Shown: positions 33,139-41,519 of the stretch, one piece after another
Layout: every line of letters begins with the position of its first letter
Numbering within the stretch: position 1 is the first letter of the stretch
DNA from: Candidatus Uhrbacteria bacterium
GTDB lineage: Bacteria > Patescibacteriota > Patescibacteriia > UBA9934 > GWF2-40-263
Assembly (NCBI GenBank): GCA_016844925.1
Contig: JAERTI010000053.1
Location: forward strand, 1-48,465
Direction: 5' to 3'
DNA: 48,465 bases
Program-made: the position numbers and the translations under genes
The notes under the pieces: generated by a model
Seen by the model: only the letters and a program-made list of their open reading frames with translations
What the model was told of the DNA's origin: nothing
The model's database searches: none

Positions 33139-34353
33139 ATGTCAGAATCGAATTCATCTCGTGAACAAACGTTCATGGTCATCGCCGTAACCCTGGCCGC
33201 GCTTGCCGGTGCGGTTTCTGGTGCTGCATCGGCATTTTTGCTCACGGGCATGTTTGACGTCTCATTAGATACAACGATGAACACACCGGTGTCCGAGCAA
33301 GTAATGGAATCGAGAATTGTCGAATTGATTGAAGAGGAGAGTGCGACCATTGCGGTGGTGGAGCGTGTCACGCCGGCCGTGGTAAGTATTGTGGTGAAGA
33401 AACAACGAGGAGATGTGGACACGGGCTTTTTCTTTAGTCCGTTTTTGTATCCAGAATCATCAGACCAGGATCCAACAGAGCTTATCGAGGTGTCTAGCGG
33501 AACAGGATTTTTTGTCAGTGAAGATGGATACCTGTTGACTAATCGTCACGTGGTGGACGAGTTGGATGCCAGCTACTTTGTTGTTAATAACGACGGTGAA
33601 GAACTTCCGGCCGAATTGATCGACATTGATCCGTTTCATGACATTGCGGTACTGAGTGTTGAGGGGGAAGGGTTCCCCGCGGTGACCCTTGGAGATTCAG
33701 GTGCGTTGCAGATTGGTCAGACGGTGATCGCTATTGGAAATACGCTTTCTGAATTTCGGAACACGGTTACTAAGGGAGTGGTCTCAGGGATCAATCGACG
33801 TGTGACAGCAGGGAATGCCTATAATACAGAAATTATCGATGAGGCTATCCAGACAGACGCAGCGATTAATCCAGGCAACTCTGGCGGACCGTTGATTAAC
33901 CTGCTTGGTGAGGTTATTGGAATGAATACGGCCGTGAGCTACGAGGGGGAATCTGTGGGGTTTGCTATCCCAATCAATGAAGCCAAGCGTGCGGTGGAAG
34001 ATGTAAAAACGTATGGACGCATTGTGCGGCCGTGGCTTGGGGTCCGTTATGTGCTTGTGGAAGCCGAGCAGCAAGAGGGAGAAGAAGTTGTCTATGAGGT
34101 AGGGGCTTTGATTGTTGCTGGTGAGCAACCTGGTGAAACTGGCGTTGTCGAAGGTTCGCCCGCTTATCTCGCAGGATTGTTAGATGGCGATATCATTACT
34201 GCCGTAGGTGGCGTGATGTTGTCAGAGGATAATGCGCTTGCGGAGCTTATCAGTGCGTATCACCCAGACGACGTGGTTGAGATAACGGTTTTGCGTGACG
34301 GCGTTGAGTTTGTCTTTAATGTAACGTTAGCTGAGTATGGCGAAACAGAATAA
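33139..34353 (+). CDS. htrA: HtrA/DegP-family serine protease with one PDZ domain
   Basis: N-terminal TM, TNRHV, DIAV, QTDAAINPGNSGGPL, PWLGV PDZ. Confidence 0.95.
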   Translation: MSESNSSREQTFMVIAVTLAALAGAVSGAASAFLLTGMFDVSLDTTMNTPVSEQVMESRIVELIEEESATIAVVERVTPAVVSIVVKKQRGDVDTGFFFSPFLYPESSDQDPTELIEVSSGTGFFVSEDGYLLTNRHVVDELDASYFVVNNDGEELPAELIDIDPFHDIAVLSVEGEGFPAVTLGDSGALQIGQTVIAIGNTLSEFRNTVTKGVVSGINRRVTAGNAYNTEIIDEAIQTDAAINPGNSGGPLINLLGEVIGMNTAVSYEGESVGFAIPINEAKRAVEDVKTYGRIVRPWLGVRYVLVEAEQQEGEEVVYEVGALIVAGEQPGETGVVEGSPAYLAGLLDGDIITAVGGVMLSEDNALAELISAYHPDDVVEITVLRDGVEFVFNVTLAEYGETE

Positions 34354-35749
34354 ACGAACACGCGTTGTCTGCACCATTGGTCCCTCTAGTGCCAAGCCGA
34401 CGACTTTGCAAAACATGATGCGTGCAGGTATGGATGTGGCGCGTTTAAATTTTTCACATGCAACTCACAAGGATCACAAACGGCTGATTCGTTTGGTTCG
34501 ATCAGCAGCTCGTGAGGTGGGGAAGCATGTGACGATCATTGGAGATCTTCAGGGGCCAAAGATTCGTTTAGGAAAATTACCTGAGGAAGGAGTGGATCTG
34601 AAAACGGGTTCCAGTGTAACGTTCTCAACGTCCACGAAGGTATATGCCGGTGGGGCTCTGCCAGTGACATATGCGGGTTTGCATAAGGATGTGAAAAAGG
34701 GAGAGCGGTTTTTGATTGATGACGGCCTCTTGGAGCTGAGAGTCGAGCGTGTCCAAGGCAAAACTATTCATGCCAAGGTGGTTACAGGTGGAAAGGTGAC
34801 GTCCCATAAGGGAATGAACTTTCCTGATTCAACACTGAGAGTGAGTGCCATTACAAAAAAGGATCGAGAGGATGCGCGATTTGGTGTCGCACAGGGAGTT
34901 GATTGGATTGCCTTGAGTTTTGTGACAAGTGCGAAGGATGTTCGGGCCCTCAAACGATTGATCAAAAGTGAGACACCAGTTGGTCAGACACCTGCACGTG
35001 TGATTGTGAAGATTGAGAAACCTACAGCGGTCAAGCAGTTTGATGAGATTCTCAACGCCGCAGACGGCGTGATGATTGCGCGAGGAGACTTGGGAATCGA
35101 GATTGATGCTGAGGAGGTGCCCATTGTGCAGAAGCAGATGATTGAAAAATGTCGTTTGGTTGGTAAGCCTGTGGTGGTAGCTACGCAGATGATGGACTCC
35201 ATGATTCGTAACCCACGTCCAACACGTGCAGAAGTCTCTGATGTGGCTAATGCGGTGTTTGATCATACGGATGGCGTGATGCTTTCTGGGGAGACGGCCA
35301 CTGGACGATTTCCTCTCAAGACGGTCAAGATGATGTCGAAGATTGTGCGGGAGGCCGAGGGTTCCGAATACGACAACGTTGCGTTGGTGTACCACGAGCA
35401 TACGGGTCCAGGAGTGTCTGTGGCGCATGCAATAAGCTTACTGGCCGCCGATGGTGAAATTCAGGGTGTGCTAGTAGCTCACGCGTTGGCCCCATGGGCA
35501 GAGGGCGTACTCCGTGCACATCCTGAGATTCCACTGTTTCTTGCGACGGCAACGACACGCGAGGCGCGGCAGGTGGCAATGCATTGGAGTGCGATCCCAT
35601 TTGTTATGAAGGTGCAGCGAGAGTCAACGTTTGTGGCTTCAGCGTTGCGTCGATTAAAGAAACAACGTTTGATCAAAAAAGGCATGACGCTCGCGGTAGT
35701 CATGGGACAACGTCATGAAAAAAGATTCGATCTGATTACCGTGCAATAA
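34337..35749 (+). CDS. pyk: Pyruvate kinase
   Basis: CTIGP, RLNFSH, DLQGPKIR, IARGDLG, ATQMMDSM..NPRPTRAE, MLSGETA. Confidence 0.97.
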   Translation: MAKQNKRTRVVCTIGPSSAKPTTLQNMMRAGMDVARLNFSHATHKDHKRLIRLVRSAAREVGKHVTIIGDLQGPKIRLGKLPEEGVDLKTGSSVTFSTSTKVYAGGALPVTYAGLHKDVKKGERFLIDDGLLELRVERVQGKTIHAKVVTGGKVTSHKGMNFPDSTLRVSAITKKDREDARFGVAQGVDWIALSFVTSAKDVRALKRLIKSETPVGQTPARVIVKIEKPTAVKQFDEILNAADGVMIARGDLGIEIDAEEVPIVQKQMIEKCRLVGKPVVVATQMMDSMIRNPRPTRAEVSDVANAVFDHTDGVMLSGETATGRFPLKTVKMMSKIVREAEGSEYDNVALVYHEHTGPGVSVAHAISLLAADGEIQGVLVAHALAPWAEGVLRAHPEIPLFLATATTREARQVAMHWSAIPFVMKVQRESTFVASALRRLKKQRLIKKGMTLAVVMGQRHEKRFDLITVQ

Positions 35750-35782
35750 AAAATCGCCCTCTGCACAGTGGCATTGGGCGGT
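35748..35782 (-). terminator. Terminator for the GC-rich orphan gene (convergent with pyk)
   Basis: Minus strand accgccc...gggcgatttttt. Confidence 0.55.
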
Positions 35783-35800
35783 CGAGCGAGTCGACGCGTG

Positions 35801-36094
35801 TCAGGCGCTGAGGAGGGCCTCGGCCTGCGAGATGATCTCGGTGTGGTCACCGATGGAGCGCCAGTCGATGTTGGCGTCGCGGAGAGTCCTGGCCATCTTG
35901 CCGAGGTTGGCCATGTTGATCTCGCCCTGGAACTGCTCCCAGGCTGCGCGGCGGGACTCCGGGGAGTCTCCCATGGCGTAGAGCTCGATGAGGACGTAGC
36001 GCCCGGAGCGCTTGTCGTCGAAGTCGAGGGGGTCCTTGCGGCGAATCACGGGCTTCTGCTTCTGCTTCGGATCGGCGGTTCTGAGCTCGGGCAC
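35801..36094 (-). CDS. Hypothetical protein, GC-rich orphan
   Basis: GC-rich third positions in this frame; GGAG 6 nt before GTG at 36094; own promoter TTGACT-17-TAGTAT at ~36181-36209 (minus). Confidence 0.65.
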   Translation of the reverse strand: MPELRTADPKQKQKPVIRRKDPLDFDDKRSGRYVLIELYAMGDSPESRRAAWEQFQGEINMANLGKMARTLRDANIDWRSIGDHTEIISQAEALLSA

Positions 36095-36210
36095 GAGCAA
36101 CTCCAGCTAAGATTGAGGGGAGGTTCTGGGAAGAAGAAATGGACGTCAAGCTGACCCCTCATGTCAGCCCGATAAGAATGATACTAGAGATCTTTTTCTT
36201 AAAAGTCAAT

Positions 36211-36237
36211 AAAACCAGGGTCATGACCCTGGTTTTT
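36211..36237. terminator. Palindromic terminator
   Basis: aaaaccagggtcatgaccctggttttt. Confidence 0.75.
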
Positions 36238-36258
36238 GGTTCTTTTAGCTGTGGATGT

Positions 36259-36747
36259 TTACGGATTGAGCACCGTCTCGTTTTCGTCGAGGAGCTCTGT
36301 TGCCGTGCGGCCCGTGTACTCTTGATCTGAAATGAACCATCGTTCACAGGTGGGTTCAAGGCAGGCTTGTAGGGCGATGGTGTACTCCGTGTCAGGTGTA
36401 AGATCAGAGAGGTCGAGACTCACTCGGTCATGTTCACCGGCTTCTGTGCGAGTGAAGTCTGAGGTTGGGTCACTAATGGTGATGAGAAAGTGATTATATT
36501 TTTTCTCGGGCTGTGACCACTCTGCTCGTAGGTACGTTGATGATCCCACGGTCTCACCATCGATCTCTTGTGGCTGAAAGGGAAGAATGCTGATTTGAGC
36601 GTCGAATGTTTCAGAGGCACCTTCGTAGAGGTGTGTGTGAAATTTGCCCGTAGAGTCAACGGCAGGTGGGCGTGCACCGAGCCAGATAAGGTAGCCAATG
36701 AGTCCGATAAGGATCACGATAACGAAAATGCGAAGAGGTTTGTTCAT
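36259..36747 (-). CDS. Membrane-anchored fibronectin type III-like protein
   Basis: N-terminal TM; W..P, LSDLTPDTEYTIALQAC FN3 signature. Confidence 0.75.
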   Translation of the reverse strand: MNKPLRIFVIVILIGLIGYLIWLGARPPAVDSTGKFHTHLYEGASETFDAQISILPFQPQEIDGETVGSSTYLRAEWSQPEKKYNHFLITISDPTSDFTRTEAGEHDRVSLDLSDLTPDTEYTIALQACLEPTCERWFISDQEYTGRTATELLDENETVLNP

Positions 36748-36786
36748 ATGTTCAACATCCTAACATACAAGAAAGAAATGTCTGAC

Positions 36787-36815
36787 TTGACGAGGGTGGG
36801 GGCTATCGTTATGCT
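36787..36815 (+). promoter_or_regulatory. Sigma70 promoter of leader peptide/GNAT transcript
   Basis: TTGACG-17 nt-TATGCT. Confidence 0.7.
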
Positions 36816-36825
36816 TTAACCAGCT

Positions 36826-36873
36826 ATGACAAGCCTGATTCACAACACAGCTTGGTGGCACGGTCTCCGTTAG
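36826..36873 (+). CDS. TrpL-like attenuator leader peptide MTSLIHNTAWWHGLR
   Basis: 15-codon ORF with tandem TGG TGG at codons 10-11, between a promoter and a terminator. Confidence 0.78.
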   Translation: MTSLIHNTAWWHGLR

Positions 36874-36930
36874 GAAGGCCGATGGATTTGTTTATTGCAA
36901 ACCGCCCTTGGTCTTCCAGGGGCGGTTTTT
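36861..36930 (+). promoter_or_regulatory. Transcription attenuator (1:2 pause hairpin, 2:3 antiterminator, 3:4 terminator)
   Basis: cggtctcc pairs with ggaaggccg; ggaaggccga pairs with ttggtcttcc; aaaccgcccttgg-tctt-ccaggggcggttttt terminator. Confidence 0.78.
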
Positions 36931-36999
36931 GGTTGGGAGCGCGTTTTGATGGGTCGAGATGCGCTCCCGGGCAACAACTTCCCCGGAAAGGAGAACGCT

Positions 37000-37653
37000 A
37001 TGTTCAGGGATGCTCTTGAGGGAACTGGGGCGTTTGATCCGCCTACGGACAAGGAACGGACGCAGCGTACGCTGCAGTACATCTGGTGTCGTCCTGCGCT
37101 TGATGAGGTGGTGGCTCTGACGGCTGCTGCTCTTCATCGGGAAGTGGACGATGTGCTGACGCAGGATGTCTACGAGCACCTCGACCAGGCCGATGAGATG
37201 CTGAGTGTCTACCAGGGTTCGACGTTGGTCGGTTACATGCTGCTGACATTCCCCCTTGAGGGGCTCGTCTACATCGCCGGCACGATGGTCGACCCAAAGT
37301 TCCATGGCGTCGGCATCAAGGCACGGGCGACGCAGGTGGTCATGAACAGGCACAGCGACCGACGCTACTTCGCCGGCCGCACGCAGTCGTCCATCGTCTG
37401 GGCGAGTGTGACTCGTTCGGCCAAGGTCGTGCTGCCAAGCACGCAGGGGAGGGAGGTCGAGTCCGAGATGGTCGAGATGCGTCAGCGTCTCGTCGAGGGG
37501 CTCGGCATGGACGACGCCATCCACGAAGGATTCTACGGCGGGCCGCTCTACGGTGAGAAGCCCACGCACCGCGACGAAGCGGTGCAGGCCTGGTGGGACA
37601 CCTTCATCAACTTCGAGCGCGGGGACGCCGTGCTCTACATTGCGAGGCTCTAA
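37000..37653 (+). CDS. GNAT-fold acyltransferase-like protein, GC-rich
   Basis: LVGY, YIAGTMVDPKFHGVGI resembles GNAT motif A (V.P..R/H.G.G); AAGGAG SD before ATG at 37000. Confidence 0.75.
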   Translation: MFRDALEGTGAFDPPTDKERTQRTLQYIWCRPALDEVVALTAAALHREVDDVLTQDVYEHLDQADEMLSVYQGSTLVGYMLLTFPLEGLVYIAGTMVDPKFHGVGIKARATQVVMNRHSDRRYFAGRTQSSIVWASVTRSAKVVLPSTQGREVESEMVEMRQRLVEGLGMDDAIHEGFYGGPLYGEKPTHRDEAVQAWWDTFINFERGDAVLYIARL

Positions 37654-37663
37654 GTGGGGCCCT

Positions 37664-37696
37664 GCCGACCAGTACGCAACTGGTCGGTTTTTATTT
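37664..37696 (+). terminator. Intrinsic terminator after GNAT gene
   Basis: gccgaccagt-acgca-actggtcggt-ttttattt. Confidence 0.8.
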
Positions 37697-37945
37697 GTCT
37701 GTGAGCAGATCGAGATCTATATTGAGCAATTCGATCCGGTCGGTGAGAAGTTTCTTTGCATCCATGACTCCTTTTTCGAACAAAGGTCTTCCAAGGAGCT
37801 GTAGGTGAAAATCTAAAATCTCTTCTGCAGCAATCAGGCCCATATCCATATCATGATTCTTCTTAAAGAACGTCTGGATGTGTTCAATCGCGTTTGTTCG
37901 CTGCTTGTCTGACAGGGGATCAAAACCTCGTTTTTGCTTGTTCAT
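37691..37945 (-). CDS. DUF2164-like small protein
   Basis: IQTFF....D.D.GLIAAEEILDF....LG...FEKGV.DA pattern. Confidence 0.75.
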   Translation of the reverse strand: MNKQKRGFDPLSDKQRTNAIEHIQTFFKKNHDMDMGLIAAEEILDFHLQLLGRPLFEKGVMDAKKLLTDRIELLNIDLDLLTDK

Positions 37946-38018
37946 AGGTAATCAGAACGATTTGTTAGGCTAACTTTAACACAAAAGACACGGTTACTTT
38001 TTGATGATCCACACCCCC

Positions 38019-38047
38019 TTGCACCTCCTAGAACCCTATGTTATTAT
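38019..38047 (+). promoter_or_regulatory. tRNA promoter
   Basis: TTGCAC-17 nt-TATTAT with TG extended -10. Confidence 0.55.
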
Positions 38048-38074
38048 TTTCGCGCTACAGCAAGTAAACACCTT

Positions 38075-38151
38075 GGACCGGTGGTGTAGCTGGTTAACAC
38101 GTCGCCCTGTCACGGCGAAGATCGCGGGTTCGAATCCCGTCCGGTCCGCCA
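38075..38151 (+). tRNA. tRNA-Asp(GTC)
   Basis: Acceptor GGACCGG/CCGGTCC, anticodon arm tcgcc-ctGTCac-ggcga, GGTTCGAATCC T-arm, encoded CCA. Confidence 0.98.
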
Positions 38152-38187
38152 CGTAAAAACACTGACTTCGGTCAGTGTTTTTACGTG
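38150..38187. terminator. Palindromic terminator after tRNA (copy 1 of 33-bp repeat)
   Basis: cacgtaaaaacactgac-ttcg-gtcagtgtttttacgtg. Confidence 0.85.
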
Positions 38188-38216
38188 CCACGTGGTCGAC
38201 CTGCCCGTTATGTCGA

Positions 38217-38340
38217 CTTTACGTGGCTGTGTCTATGTAGAACGTCAGTGTTCACGTGGCACAGCCATTTTGCACCATTTTCATGTACCGCCTTTACGTG
38301 GCTGTATCTATGAGAACGTCAGTGTTCACGTGGCAAGCCA
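38217..38340 (+). repeat. Two ~45-50 bp direct repeats, each an imperfect hairpin
   Basis: ctttacgtggctgtgtctatgtagaacgtcagtgttcacgtggca (38217-38261) vs ctttacgtggctgtatctatgagaacgtcagtgttcacgtggca (38292-38335). Confidence 0.88.
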
Positions 38341-38360
38341 ACAAGTTTACAATTGCTGAT

Positions 38361-38618
38361 ATGTTCTACGTTTACGTTCTTGAAAGTGAAAGCTCCGGCA
38401 AATGGTACATCGGTTATTCTTCTGGTTTAAGAAAGAGAATCCAAAGACACAATCAAAGTGGAAACGTCTCAACAGCCAATCGTGGGCCATGGGCACTTAT
38501 TTATTACGAAGCTTATATAGATAAACAAGATGCGCTGGGAAGAGAGAAGTTTTTAAAAAGCGGTTCAGGTTGGAGATTCTTGAAGAAACAGATGAGACAC
38601 TACCTTAATTCTGGGTGA
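38361..38618 (+). CDS. Small GIY-YIG nuclease family protein
   Basis: FYVYVL...WYIGYS..L.KRI.RHN, PWALIYYE, A..RE.FLKSG.G. Confidence 0.92.
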   Translation: MFYVYVLESESSGKWYIGYSSGLRKRIQRHNQSGNVSTANRGPWALIYYEAYIDKQDALGREKFLKSGSGWRFLKKQMRHYLNSG

Positions 38619-38719
38619 TATAGATTTTTGCAAAAGAAATAGCGCACCCACGATCAGCGGAGCCTCACACGAGTGAGCCATTTCCGCTGCGCGAGTGCGC
38701 GAGCATGTCCCGGTTGGGA

Positions 38720-38989
38720 CTACTGGATGAATTCCTGCCAGGCCGGATGATCCTCGGGGATCTCCCAGACCGGGGCGTAGACCATGCCGGTTTGGATGGT
38801 TTCGCCGGTGTCGATGAACTCTCCGCTCTCCAGAGCCTCTGCGGCGAGTGCCTGGTTCTCGGACCAGTTCTTGACCGCGAAGCGTCTCTCGGGGAGCTCA
38901 GTGGACTCACTGGTGACCGTGCTCAGGCGAGCTCTGTCGAACATCACCATCAGCGCCTGGTTTGTGTAGCGTCCGATTCTCGTTCTCAT
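38720..38989 (-). CDS. Hypothetical protein, GC-rich orphan
   Basis: ATG with GGGA upstream, GC-rich codon usage, upstream TTGACA on minus strand (39072-39077), downstream hairpin. Confidence 0.6.
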   Translation of the reverse strand: MRTRIGRYTNQALMVMFDRARLSTVTSESTELPERRFAVKNWSENQALAAEALESGEFIDTGETIQTGMVYAPVWEIPEDHPAWQEFIQ

Positions 38990-39241
38990 GTTGATCCCAT
39001 GTGTGGAGGGGGTGGAAGCTGTGAACTAAACGAGTTTACAGACCACCCACTAAATCAGAAAAAATGCTTTTTGTCAATCCAAACACCCAAAAACAGGCCG
39101 TTTCAGGACTGCCTTCTGGAGCTGTATGGCGTTTTGTTTATAGACAAACCATCTTCCAACCCGTTCAACTACGCCCGTCTGAAAACCTTCACAGCAAGTG
39201 AAGGTTTTTTTGATATCTTTCTAATTTCTCGTCAATAAATA

Positions 39242-39270
39242 TTGACAAAAAGCCATTTTTATGATAGTTT
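39242..39270 (+). promoter_or_regulatory. Sigma70 promoter
   Basis: TTGACA-17 nt-TAGTTT with TG. Confidence 0.65.
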
Positions 39271-39308
39271 TGCGCGTCGCAACCCCGCGGCCCCATAGTG
39301 GAGTGCGC

Positions 39309-39599
39309 ATGACCACCCGTCCCTTCCCGACCGTTCAGAGCATCCTCGACGCCTGTACCCAACACGAACACGCCTTCGTTGGCATGGCTGTCCAACGTGC
39401 TGCCGCTGCCCTCATCGAGCAGGGCAAGTTCAAGGCCGATGACGAACCGACCACCGACATCCTGATCCAGATCTACACCTGGATCGGGAAGAGTGCTATG
39501 GCCGATTCGGATCTGCTGATGCTCTCGATGGTCCACCAGACCGGCCAGCCCCTCGACGACGCCATGAACTACGTGCAGGGCCTCGCTCGGGCAGCCTGA
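39309..39599 (+). CDS. Hypothetical helical protein, GC-rich orphan
   Basis: GGAG SD 5 nt before ATG at 39309, GC-rich third positions, own promoter and downstream hairpin. Confidence 0.7.
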   Translation: MTTRPFPTVQSILDACTQHEHAFVGMAVQRAAAALIEQGKFKADDEPTTDILIQIYTWIGKSAMADSDLLMLSMVHQTGQPLDDAMNYVQGLARAA

Positions 39600-39714
39600 G
39601 CCAAGTCACAACCTCGCCGCTCACCCAGAGTCGCCACACGGGCTGCTCATCTCTGGTGGGCGGTTTCGTGTTTTAGTAGGCAAAATGTCTTCCCATCCGT
39701 TCCACGACGCCCCG

Positions 39715-39747
39715 CAAAAAACCTTCGTTTTACACGGAGGTTTTTTG
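39715..39747. terminator. Bidirectional terminator
   Basis: caaaaaaccttcgt-tttac-acggaggttttttg. Confidence 0.7.
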
Positions 39748-39764
39748 ATACTACGATAGGCCAT

Positions 39765-40118
39765 ATGGCGAAACATAGAATCTATACAACCAGCTTCGCA
39801 AGTGTCTACCCTCATTACATTACGAAGGCAAAGAAAAAGGGACGCACGAAAGAGGAGGTGGATGAGATCATTTGTTGGCTTACAGGGTATTCCCAGAGGG
39901 AATTAGAATCCCAAATCAAAAAGGAAACGGATTTTGAAACGTTCTTTGATAAAGCGCCAGAGCTTAACCCTTCACGGCGATTGATCAAAGGAGTGATCTG
40001 TGGGATCAGGGTGGAGGATATGGAACAATCAACCATGAAAGAAATTCGCTATCTAGATAAGTTGATCGATGAGTTGGCAAGGGGGAAGGACATGGAAAAC
40101 ATTTTGCGAAAACCATAA
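39765..40118 (+). CDS. DUF2200 family protein
   Basis: [50 protein letters not shown]. Confidence 0.9.
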   Translation: MAKHRIYTTSFASVYPHYITKAKKKGRTKEEVDEIICWLTGYSQRELESQIKKETDFETFFDKAPELNPSRRLIKGVICGIRVEDMEQSTMKEIRYLDKLIDELARGKDMENILRKP

Positions 40119-40143
40119 CCATCAAGTTAATCAGCTTTTTCAC

Positions 40144-40947
40144 ATGAAAGTCATCTCTCTCAATTGCTACGCGGGTATTGTGTATGAACCCCTTCTTGAT
40201 TTTATTCGAGAACATGGGCCAAGCACGGACATTTTTTGTTTTCAAGAAATGGTATCAAGTACTACCTCCGGCAAAATGCTACCGACTGGCGCACGCTCAA
40301 ATCTTTTGCAAGAAATCTTGAAGCTATTACCTGAACATCAGGGGAGCTTTTCAGGAATGCAGGATGGATTCGATACTCAGGAGATTCATGGGGAAGATTT
40401 CTGTTTTGGAGTAGCGATGGTTTGGAAAAAAGATCTGCAGGTCGTTCAGCAAAAAGATTTTTTTATCTATCGTGGAAAGAATCAGCTTGTAGGCAAAGAT
40501 TGGTCAACGCTGGGTTCCACGGCACTTGTTGTGCAGTTTAAGATAGATGGGGGATTATTGACGGTATGTAGTGCTCATGGAACATCGTATCCATCAGATA
40601 AGCTGGATTCACCTGAAAGGATTATGCAATCGCAAAAAATACTTGATGAGGTGGGGGGCTTGGAAGGGGAAAAGATTATCATGGGGGATTTTAACCTCTT
40701 TCCAGAGACGGAAAGCATAAGGTTGTTTGAGAAGGCGGGTTTTAAGAATCTTGTCGTTGATCACGGAATTCAAACAACACGTGGCTCTCATATGCGTGTG
40801 TTATTTCCAGAATATGAAACGGGAAAATATGGATTTCAGGAATTTGCTGATTACACCTTCACTTCACCTGGCATCGATGTTAACCAGTTTCAAGTTCCAG
40901 ATGTACCAATTTCTGATCATCTCCCAATGATACTTGTGACAAAGTAA
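40144..40947 (+). CDS. Endonuclease/exonuclease/phosphatase family protein
   Basis: ISLN, FCFQE, GDFN, DY.F, SDHLP. Confidence 0.92.
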   Translation: MKVISLNCYAGIVYEPLLDFIREHGPSTDIFCFQEMVSSTTSGKMLPTGARSNLLQEILKLLPEHQGSFSGMQDGFDTQEIHGEDFCFGVAMVWKKDLQVVQQKDFFIYRGKNQLVGKDWSTLGSTALVVQFKIDGGLLTVCSAHGTSYPSDKLDSPERIMQSQKILDEVGGLEGEKIIMGDFNLFPETESIRLFEKAGFKNLVVDHGIQTTRGSHMRVLFPEYETGKYGFQEFADYTFTSPGIDVNQFQVPDVPISDHLPMILVTK

Positions 40948-40965
40948 CGATTGTTTCCCTCTATC

Positions 40966-40998
40966 TAAAAACACTGACTTCGGTCAGTGTTTTTACGT
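40966..40998. repeat. Copy 2 of the 33-bp tRNA-proximal terminator
   Basis: taaaaacactgacttcggtcagtgtttttacgt identical to 38154-38186; lies between convergent genes. Confidence 0.9.
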
Positions 40999-41020
40999 TA
41001 TGAAACTAACCGGTGTCCGT

Positions 41021-41407
41021 TTATTCCGTTGTTGCTCCGTCAAAGTGCTCCTCTACCTCGTCTGCCTTCGTTGCATGCACAGTGCCGTCTTTGTGTTCTG
41101 GTGGGGAATAGACGGAGTAGAGCTTGAGCTCTTCTGTGCCGGTGTTGGTCACGTTGTGCTCAGTCCCAGCAGGGATCACGATGGCGAAGTCGTCTTTGAC
41201 CTCGTGTTCGACGCCGTCCAGAATCACTTCTGCACTCCCTTGTTCGATGCGGATGAATTGGTCGAGTTCGTGGGTCTCCATGCCGATCTCGTCTCCTGGC
41301 TGGAGGTTCATCAGGACAAGCTGGCTCTTCTTGGTGGTGTAGAGCACTCGCCGGTAGTCCTTATTGTTAAGCGTCGCCTCCTCGATGTTTGTAATATAGC
41401 CTTTCAT
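41021..41407 (-). CDS. Cupin domain protein
   Basis: QLVLM.L.PG.EIG.ETH..DQF.RIE.G, IPAGT.HNV.N, KLYS.Y.PP.H. Confidence 0.92.
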   Translation of the reverse strand: MKGYITNIEEATLNNKDYRRVLYTTKKSQLVLMNLQPGDEIGMETHELDQFIRIEQGSAEVILDGVEHEVKDDFAIVIPAGTEHNVTNTGTEELKLYSVYSPPEHKDGTVHATKADEVEEHFDGATTE

Positions 41408-41442
41408 AGAAGTGTTATCTATCTGTTACCTCAGTAGTATAC

Positions 41443-41472
41443 ACAAATAAAAATCACCCGGCTGGCGGGTGA
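41443..41472 (-). terminator. Terminator, copy 1 of 30-bp repeat
   Basis: Minus strand tcacccgccagccgggtgatttttatttgt. Confidence 0.82.
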
Positions 41473-41519
41473 AGAAGCGGTTGTGTAGGAGCCGCTCGTC
41501 AAGCTTAGTCTTTTCGGGA

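Noticed and set aside
36895-36999. Extended N-terminus of the GNAT ORF from TTG at 36895
   Set aside because: Overlaps the attenuator terminator; ATG at 37000 has a strong SD
38217-38340. Possible mini CRISPR array
   Set aside because: Only two imperfect, overlong repeats and no cas genes in the window
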